NCBI GenBank assembly: GCA_049999805.1
Contig: JBNGIO010006164.1
Location: 89,769 to 141,938 of the forward strand
Direction: 5' to 3'
DNA from: Folioceros fuciformis
Lineage: Eukaryota
DNA length: 52,170 nucleotides
A model generated the notes under the pieces. That model was given only the letters and a program-made list of their open reading frames with translations. It made no database searches and was not told the origin of the DNA. Positions within the stretch are counted from its first letter, which is position 1. Each line of letters begins with the position of its first letter. Shown here piece by piece: positions 22,461 through 31,193 of this stretch. The position numbers and the translations under genes were made by a program.

Positions 22461-24956
22461 ATGGCTACGGTATGGCCACCGGACCCGTTGTGGACCGAAC
22501 AAGTGGGCGTGTGTACCGAAATGGTGTTACTAGGTCGAGCACCCGCACACCTCAGCTTAGGGAGTCAACTCATTGCTAGAGAAGAGGCATTCAGGTGCTG
22601 CAGTATGAGGATCCAAGCGCTTCCACTTCCGACAAAATGTGTGCCTCGGGACGGGTTTCACAACAATGGCCGTTGCCAGGAGGAGGAGCTCTTGTGGCAA
22701 CAATTTTTTCAGAATCCTACCATGTGGTGGGATAACAGACGAGATAAGAAGAGCTCCCGTTCGCCTGATTTCCGGCGGAAGGGATCCGGCCAGGTGCTGT
22801 GGTTAGACAGCATGTTTAAGCCAGCTTGGGTTGATGAGCAGCTCGTTTCCTTGGATATGCAGCTTGGTCATGGTGCCTCTTCTTCCGAGTTCAGGTTTCC
22901 GGATAAGCCTGAACCTGAAAAGAGTGGAGGATCCAGTATGGGCGTTGTCACGGCTGGCACCGTGAGCATGTTATGTCAACAGGGGAGGCTTTCTGAGGGT
23001 GTTGGAGGCCTGGAAGCTCTGGCGCAGACAGGCGCTGCCATTCCACAGTCTCTGTTTTACACCCTGCTGAAACTATGTACAGCTAAGAAGGATTTGGTGT
23101 TAGGTCGACGAGTTCATGATGTCACTGTCAAGCTTGGGTACAATTTGAATGCATACTTGGGGAACCATATCTTGCGCCTGTACGCATCATGTGGAGGTAG
23201 GCTAGAGGAGGCCATGGATGTGTTCACCAGGGTAGGCAAACCAGATGCCTTCATGTGGTCTTCTTTGATCTCGGCTTACGCCAAGCATGGAAAAGCTAAC
23301 GAGGCTGTACAACTGTACCATGAGATGCGTGGGTCAGGAGTGAAGGCTGATGCTCACGTCTTTGTAGCTGCCCTCCAAGCTTGTGCATTGGCCGCCGACG
23401 TGGAATCTGGCAGAAGAGTGCACAGTGATGTGGTGCACAGTGGCATTCCTCCTGACTTGTTTGTTGCCAACTGTCTGGTGGACATGTATGCAAAGTGTGG
23501 CGAACTGAAAGATGCGATCCGGGTTTTTGACAGCATGGCCACAAAGGATGTGGTGACATGGAACGCCCTGATTTCTGGGTATGCGAAATGTGGTGAAATG
23601 AAAGATGCGCGCCAAGTTTTCGACAGCATGCCCACAAAGGATTTGGTGACTTGGAATGCCCTGATATCTGGTTATGCAAAATGTGCTGAACTGAAGGAAG
23701 CACGCCAGCTTTTTGATACCATGGCCACAAAGGATGTGGTAACATGGAATACCCTGATTGCTGGGTATGCACAGCAAGGACTTGGCGAACAGGCTCTTGT
23801 TGTGTATGAACTCATGGAGCAAGAGGGCCTCATTTTGGCTAACCATGTCACCTTTGCTTGCCTTCTGAAGGCTTGTGCAAGCACTGGTGCCTTGCAGAAG
23901 GGCAGACAGCTGCACAAGCAGATCGTTGAAAGAGGACTGCTGGATAACGTACTAGTGGGCAACTGCCTGGTGGACATGTACGCAAAATGTGGTGAACTGG
24001 AAGACGCACGCCAGGTTTTCGACAGCATGAACACAAAGGATGTGGTGACATGGACCGCCCTGATATCTGGGTATGGTACGTGTGATGAAGGTCACAGGGC
24101 ACTTGCTTGTTTTGAGGAGATGTTAGTGTCCGGTGTTCAGCCTGATGATGCGACTTTCACGAGCCTTCTAGTAGCATGCAGTCATGAGGGACTGGTGAAC
24201 GAGGGTCGCAAGTACTTTGATTCCATGGCTGAAGAGCATGGCATGCAACCCACTCTCGAGCACTACAATGGCATGATTGATCTTCTCGGGCGTGCAGGCC
24301 GTTTGGATGAGGCACAGACAATGCTCTTGTCATGCGAGGGCCAAAGCAACGTTGTGGGCTTGAGGTCTTTAATGAATGCTTGCAGAAGTTACGGGGATGT
24401 GAACAGGGCTATGTGGTGTTTTGAAAGCATTGTCAAGCTGGAGCCCCAGGAGGCACCAGCGTATGTGCTCATGGCAAATGCCTACGCAGACGCAGGTAGG
24501 TGGACCGATGTACACAGGATTGAGACGCAGAGAAGGGTAGCAAGAGCTAATAAGAAACCTGCAATGGCGACCGTCGAGGTCAGTGAACAGGTACATAGAT
24601 TCGTGGTGGGAGAAAGGAGACAAGATATTGCGCTTAAGGTAAAGAGCACAAATGCCCGTCTGAAGCAGGAAGGAGGCCACGTACCTCACACGAAGCTGGT
24701 GTTGAAGCCGCTGTGTGAGGAGGAGAAGGAGGATGTGCTTTGTGGGCATGCTGAGAAGCTGGCTCTGGCGTTTGGTCTCTTGAACACTCCGAGTGGGACA
24801 CCTCTTGTGGTGACCAAGAATCTACGGATGTGCAGCGACTGCCACAGTTCCACGGAGATCATGTCCAAACTAGAAGAGAGACACATTGTTGTAAGGGATG
24901 GGTACCGTGTGCATCGATTCGCAGCTGGTTGTTGCAGTTGTAAGGGTCGACCGTGA
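22461..24956 (+). CDS. PLS-class PPR protein, tandem paralogue of 19478, with PDF motif, about 13 PPR motifs (two SS), E1/E2 and a GRP-type DYW:KP domain
   Basis: Start placed at ATG 22461 (MATVWPPDP) by homology with both paralogues; the track's 22197 start is a GTG extension. Contains KKPAMATVEV, HAEKLALAFG and CSDCH and ends CCSCKGRP; 831 aa. Confidence 0.93.
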   Translation: MATVWPPDPLWTEQVGVCTEMVLLGRAPAHLSLGSQLIAREEAFRCCSMRIQALPLPTKCVPRDGFHNNGRCQEEELLWQQFFQNPTMWWDNRRDKKSSRSPDFRRKGSGQVLWLDSMFKPAWVDEQLVSLDMQLGHGASSSEFRFPDKPEPEKSGGSSMGVVTAGTVSMLCQQGRLSEGVGGLEALAQTGAAIPQSLFYTLLKLCTAKKDLVLGRRVHDVTVKLGYNLNAYLGNHILRLYASCGGRLEEAMDVFTRVGKPDAFMWSSLISAYAKHGKANEAVQLYHEMRGSGVKADAHVFVAALQACALAADVESGRRVHSDVVHSGIPPDLFVANCLVDMYAKCGELKDAIRVFDSMATKDVVTWNALISGYAKCGEMKDARQVFDSMPTKDLVTWNALISGYAKCAELKEARQLFDTMATKDVVTWNTLIAGYAQQGLGEQALVVYELMEQEGLILANHVTFACLLKACASTGALQKGRQLHKQIVERGLLDNVLVGNCLVDMYAKCGELEDARQVFDSMNTKDVVTWTALISGYGTCDEGHRALACFEEMLVSGVQPDDATFTSLLVACSHEGLVNEGRKYFDSMAEEHGMQPTLEHYNGMIDLLGRAGRLDEAQTMLLSCEGQSNVVGLRSLMNACRSYGDVNRAMWCFESIVKLEPQEAPAYVLMANAYADAGRWTDVHRIETQRRVARANKKPAMATVEVSEQVHRFVVGERRQDIALKVKSTNARLKQEGGHVPHTKLVLKPLCEEEKEDVLCGHAEKLALAFGLLNTPSGTPLVVTKNLRMCSDCHSSTEIMSKLEERHIVVRDGYRVHRFAAGCCSCKGRP

Positions 24957-25157
24957 GTGTCACGGCGAAGTAGCCAGTGATTCCAGTGGTCCAGAGACAG
25001 AAGGAACTTGGCAACTGTTCTTCTGGCGGGGAGAAATCGATACGACACTGTGTAGGGCGGGGTTCCCTCAGGTGTGTGCTTTGTCCTTGTTTCTACTTCT
25101 ACAGCCACTGCCAAGTTCCTGCCCTCCCTTCCTCAAGCGCGGGGGGGGGGGGTGGGG

Positions 25158-25257
25158 NNNNNNNNNNNNNNNNNNNNNNNNNNNNNNNNNNNNNNNNNNN
25201 NNNNNNNNNNNNNNNNNNNNNNNNNNNNNNNNNNNNNNNNNNNNNNNNNNNNNNNNN
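25158..25257. other. Assembly gap (100 N)
   Basis: Run of N preceded by a G homopolymer. Confidence 0.99.
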
Positions 25258-26011
25258 GCTGTGGACAAACCTTTTTGTTATCTGCTGTTCATCATAACTG
25301 GGAGTCGTGCATGATGTACATGGCCACAGATCATGTCACTCTGAGCACAGGAAGAGCCAAGGTGAGAAGAGAGAAGCTTCCTGCCAGGAAATGCAGATGC
25401 TCATCTCTGCAACCATTTGTGGATCGTGTTGTTGAATCAGAAAAGGTGAAGGCAGAGCCAGCCCGAAGGTGCGAGCCCATTGCAGCTCCGCCAGCCCCAA
25501 GGAAAGTCCCGGCGTGACAAAGTCGTTCCTGCGCACGCCTGCCTCCCACTGAGTAACTTGATGACGTAACAAAAGAACACATTTATTGAAAATGCACAAA
25601 GCAAAACAGAGATCCGATCAAACAGAGAAAGACCTTGTGTTGTTCGAAGAAAGGTCGGCATGCACGGAATGTAGTCAATAATTCAGGTGCCCTATTAACC
25701 AAGTTATTGAAGTCAGTGGGAACGTTGGCTAATAGCAGTGTGTGTGCCACTGGTGTGCGAGAGGAACACCTGCTGCACATGACTACCTTACCGCTCCGCT
25801 GCGTACACAACATATCCATGTAACGCAGCCACGGGTCGCAGTAGCGGTGAAGAAATCGAGTTTCGATCCAGACCTTGCCTCAGCACAGCACACTGTACTC
25901 CTCGCTTGCCTTTGCGTCTCAGCCTGGTGCACCAGCCTTCGCTTCCACTCCGCCTTCCGCCATTTGCTGCGTGATCGAGCCACTCTCCATCCCCGGACGA
26001 CAAGTCGGCCC

Positions 26012-29000
26012 ATGACCTCAACTGTGCGCCACAGCCCTCCCCGGCATCGCCACGATGGCACCTCCCCTCTGCCCCTGGGCATGGACGCTAGCCCTGCCCC
26101 CGCCCGCTGGGTACGTCAATTCTCTCCTCTCAATGTGCCTGCTCCGCCCCCGCCACGATGCCGATCAATCGGAGGCGCGGCTAGTTGAATGCTCCAGGGC
26201 CGGAATTCTGCGCTCTCCCGTTCNNNNNNNNNNNNNNNNNNNNNNNNNNNNNNNNNNNNNNNNNNNNNNNNNNNNNNNNNNNNNNNNNNNNNNNNNNNNN
26301 NNNNNNNNNNNNNNNNNNNNNNNGTCGTCGTGCTTTGCTTCGCCGGAGATGATCCGGTGTCGAATTTCGTGCTTGATTGCCTCTGGATCTCTGTGCTCTA
26401 CCACCTGACTCCCGAATTTGAGTGCGTCGTTGAGTTCGTATGTTGCATGACCTATTTGATGGACGTTGGATGATTTGAATCTTCCGGGAATTGAGTGTGA
26501 CGTGTGGCTCAGGTGCTTCAGTCTGGTTCTTAAGGTGTTTGGCTGTAGTCAGGAAGTTCGGTACCAGAGTTTGAGCGTGTGTGTGGATCTGTTGCGTCCT
26601 TCACGTGATTGTCCGTGGTTGGAAGACCTAGTTGATCTCTCCAGAATTGCAGCCTCCTGCGGACGCAGTTTAGAACTTCTTTCTGTTTTGGTGAAGCTGA
26701 TGTGGGAGGCCATGTATGGTATGGTGGATTGCAGAATGGTGCATCTACGGTGTGGCCACACGATCCGCGCACCGGCTGGAGTTACTGTGTCCTCATACCT
26801 TCATGGGAAATCCTGCCTGAAGCCAGGACCGCTGACGGCGTCGGCATAAACCCGACAGTGGTAAGGGTCTAGCTTGCAAGGGAGTAGATTGCTTTCACGA
26901 GCCTTTTCAGGCAGGAAGTGATGGGGCACTGCAATGTTCCCTGTGCATTTTGGCACTTAACTGTCTCGCTGTTGTTGGGGTGAATGCAGTACTTCAGGGT
27001 TCAGGTTGGCATTCAGTCACCACAAGGTGTGAGTGTTCGCCATCGCACTCTTCGGCGATTCAGTGATTTTTTGAAGCTGCAAGCTGCAGTACGCACCTGC
27101 CTCTATTGAAGTGGAAGGGATCTTGTGCTGGGTCGCGTCGCTGGAATGATGCGCATAGGCTTATGTTTCACTCATTGTTTGCCCGGCCTGGACAGCTGAA
27201 GCGAGTCTTTCCCAAGAAGAGGATACCTTCAGCTCCTCCCAAAAGCGCTTTGCTGCGGATAAACGCCAGTCACTCTTTGTTGCAAGAGGTAGGTTTACTG
27301 GCGTTTTGGATTCACTCGTGCGTGGCACCCATTGTTTGCGTTTGTGCGGAAACTGTTGTCCCTGATCGGACATGCCGTGAGCTTCTTACAGAGGAGGCGT
27401 GCGTTAGAGGATTGGATGGAAAGATTGTTGGCGGACATCGATATCTCACGAAGTGCGACAATGGCATCTTTTCTGGAACTTGAAGCTGCTGCCAGAGAAG
27501 GTAGTTGGCCCCATCTGATAACTGAGTTCCATTTGTCTCCACGAAGGACCTGCTGTCAGGCTGACCTGCTTGCCCAGTAGACCCCAGTTCTGACTTTCTT
27601 CATGTATGACACAGCTTTGCCCTCACGAGATCAGCTTTGACTCTGTGCAGCTGCAAGTACTGTCAGCGAAGGTCATGAGGCAACTACCCCAGTGGTTGAC
27701 GACATTTCTGCTGTTTCACAGTCTGTCCCAAACTTAAGGTCTAGCTTTTTATGGACAGGTAGTGCTGCATCAGGATCTCTGAGTACAACATATAGTACAT
27801 CTGGTTTACAAACCCCTATAAAGAGCGGTGACTCATCGGAGATTGAAATGGAAGCCATTGTCACTAGTGAAGCACTAGACGCAATCAGGCAAGCAGTGGA
27901 TACAAAACGAGGGGAATACATCCCACAAGGAGAGCATGCCAGTCCCCAAGTGGATACCCAGGAGGCGTCAGATGCAGGCTCAGCTATCCTTGGACAGCCT
28001 AAGTGGACTTCTGGAACTGATGCAGGGTATCAGGGTATTGTGAAGGGACCAGAGTTGGTGAATGCATTAGACTCAGTTGGATCGCACCTCCAAAGGAAGG
28101 CCTCGTGTAACAGTATTGCAAGTGAATTTAGCTCTGCTCGAGACAGTGAGCAGACACTTCTTGCTTCAGTACCAACTGCTAGTGAGACGGGTTCCCGACG
28201 TGACTTTCGAGATGGAAAAGCTGAACCTCTGGGGTCCTCTGACTTGGATTTTCTTAAGGGAGTGGGCATTGTTCTACCAAAGGACAATCGAAGCAAAGTG
28301 AACCGTGTTTTCATGTCGTTGCAACGGAGGGTCTCTGTAGCTGAAACAGACATCGAGGAGCTTGTGACACGGCTTAGTCAGGAGACAGCCGTGAAAGAAT
28401 TCTTGGCAACTAAGGTGTGGTTCTGCCTCCTACAAGCTATTTCTGTGTTTTGCGTTAAGTGTGGAGACGTCAATGTGGATCAGGTTGCTTGGGCTTTCCC
28501 TCCTACAGTGTTTGTCGTCCTTGATTCAGTGCAGGTCAAAGATTTGGAAGCTGATCTGGACAACGCCCGTCGGAAAAGTAAGGAGGTTTTAAGGCATGCT
28601 GTGTTTACTGAAAGGGAACGAATTACTAGTCTGCAGTGGGAGCTTGAAGATACTCGCGCAGCTCTTGTGAATCTTGAGGATAGCGTCAAAGAAGAGCAGG
28701 TGGGAATGAAGTTGATGCATACGTAGATACGAAATACGGTGGTGGTGGAATGCATTGTCTAGATTTTTTGAACCTGCTCATTTTACCTTACTCTGTGGTT
28801 TAGATTGCCCGGAAGGAGGCTGATACCGGTCTTCAAGCAGCAACTTCAGCCCAGCAGAAAGCAGAGGAGGAAGTTCTGAAATTGCAAGAGAAGTGCACAT
28901 CACTTCAGGAGGCTTTATCCACTCTTGAGGCACAAGCAAAATCTGATAGGAAAATCATGGCCAAGGAGATTAAAACGTTGCGCAGAGTACATCCTGAGCT

Positions 29001-29790
29001 AAAGGATGAGGTGCAACAGGCCCTAAAGGCAAAACTTGAGATTGAGGTATCACTTTTGATCTGTGCTTACAACCCTGTTCAGATCTGCAGGATTACCGGA
29101 GTGAGACCCTGCAGAATCTGGGAGTCTCATGGGATGCTTGTGGCCCTCTGCGGTGGTAGTGTCAAATGATTGACAAATGTGCATTACAGGCCAAGTTATT
29201 GGAGCAGAAGCAAAAAGAGGAAAGAGAAACTATGCTGCGGTCTCAATTTTTGCATGAAGTAAGTGTTTTGCGGCAGAGACTCCAGGAGTGCAGTGTCGAG
29301 TTCCTTGCGAAGGAGGAAGGGCAAGGTGCTAGTCATGGGCTGTCGCAAGACGCGCATGCCCTGGACCTTCTTGAAACATCTGACAACAGGATAGGCTTCC
29401 TTGTTGCAGAGGTGAGGGTTAAACAACTGAACTAGAAAAACATGTCTTCTACCTTTTCCTCTTTGTCTGAACAACAGTGTCTGACTCCTTCAGGCACAAC
29501 TTCTTGCTGAGGAAGGACGCAGCAAAACAGGGAATCCCTTCACGAATGGATCATCTCGAAATGGCCCCTTGCATAATGGAGCGCAAGAATCTCAAGAGGA
29601 TTCAGGGATTGATCATTCTGTAAGAAAGATTCTTACTGATGTCTTCATTGAAAATGCCCAGTTGCGGAAGTCTGTCAATGCCTTATCTAGAAATGCCCTC
29701 TTGAGAGCAGAGAGAAAGGGGAGTGATGCAAACTTAGAGGAAACTGTAAACAGAAAAAGTGTACTAGGGTCTCTTCTGAAGGGCTCGTAG
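26012..29790 (+). CDS. PX-domain and coiled-coil protein of the EREX/EREL (RAB5 effector) family, multi-exon; first intron spans the gap at 26224-26323
   Basis: Exon 1 (26012-26110) [33 protein letters not shown]; exon 2 from 26735 [24 protein letters not shown]; then [13 protein letters not shown]...[75 protein letters not shown] and [15 protein letters not shown]. Confidence 0.88.
26224..26323. other. Assembly gap (100 N)
   Basis: Run of N inside intron 1 of the PX gene. Confidence 0.99.
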
Positions 29791-31026
29791 TTTGTAATCT
29801 TGCTCGATGTTTTGTACAAACGCGAGCCTCAGGCTTCGGTGTTAACTCAAGTGAAGGGAAACATGATTAGCACTCCATTACAGTGCGTTAGGTGCAACTC
29901 AACACAAGTCCGTGTGCACTTTTTCCACGAGTGGCACACCCAAATTCATTATTGTGGGACTTCCTATATTTATGTCATCCTCTCCAAACAAACCCAATGC
30001 ATACTGTGCCTAATGCTTTGATGCAACCTGCAGGAGATTTGCTTCTGAGAACTGAGCAGTCATACGACTGGACGCTTTGAGTTAGCTCTAATTCGGCCTG
30101 CTGGACAGATCGAGACATAGGACTCCTCCGACTCCTGGGTGGGAGTCGCGTCAGCTTAAGGGGTGTGTTCTTGTGTCTGCAACGAGTCATTTGTCTCTAT
30201 CCTTGGGAAGTCAATTGAATGGGGGCATGACCCAGGTGGAACTTTTTGTTTCGGGAGGCGGTTGCTTACTTAGCTCTTGCACACCTGTCACCGCGCCCTC
30301 ACTGCCGACAGAGCCTCGTAGTACTAAGTGCAGGAGGTCGCAGTATGCATCTACTGTAGTTCCATTTCAGTCAACAAAAGGGAAGGTGAAAACGACCTAC
30401 TTCAGTCAAGGTTTTGCAGCTCCTGAATGGCAGTAGTGAAGAGAGCAGCAGCTGCGTTTCAATCTCCGAATCGACCGACGCGACGAATGCTTCACTCCTG
30501 TGAAATCATACGTGGCATGCCATGCCCCGTCCATACACAGAACACCATTCGCCTAAGGCTAAGGCTAGCCAGCACACATACGGCTTTGCGACGACGCGGA
30601 TTTCACGGGAGTGAAGCATTCATCAGATTGAGACGAGATTGAGACGCAGCCCAGAAACAGAGGCGAAGACATACCCTGATCGCCCGCGGCTTCTGAAGAC
30701 CAGGAACCCCCAAATTTGTTGCCAGTCACCTGCACACCATGGTTATCGTTCTTCCATTTCCTCCTCAAATTCCTGAATACAGTTAGCTGGCTACCTGGAA
30801 TCCTGTATCGACTGGGATGCGATCCAGAGCACACCGGCTGCTTGCTGAAGCGCTCGATGGTGCGATCCGGTTCGCCCACGATGCAGAATGCTCGACAGCC
30901 AGACATCTCACGGCAGGCAATAGCATGGAGGATCGGGCCAGCTGCAGCGGAACTTCTTTTGGATGGCATCCTTGAGTGTGGCGCTGGATATATGCATTCC
31001 TCTTTGCTGAGTTGCCCGGATGAATG

Positions 31027-31048
31027 AGCAGCAGCAGCAGCAGCAGCA
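31027..31048. repeat. (GCA)n microsatellite, about 7 units
   Basis: Directly visible. Confidence 0.8.
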
Positions 31049-31193
31049 GAATTTGATCCTTCACTGGCGGTGCTTACTCTTATGCGCAACACAAGTGTGG
31101 GGCGGATGCTGGTGAGGCTTTATCCCGGTCAAAGGTGTGGCGTGGGGCAGTCTCTAGTGGTTGCAGAATCACGCACATGAATCCGGACACGTC

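Noticed and set aside
30565-31092. 175-aa minus-strand ORF with poly-Ala
   Set aside because: Non-ATG start and no recognisable domain; the poly-Ala comes from the GCA microsatellite. Probably the PPR upstream region, though a small orphan gene is not excluded.
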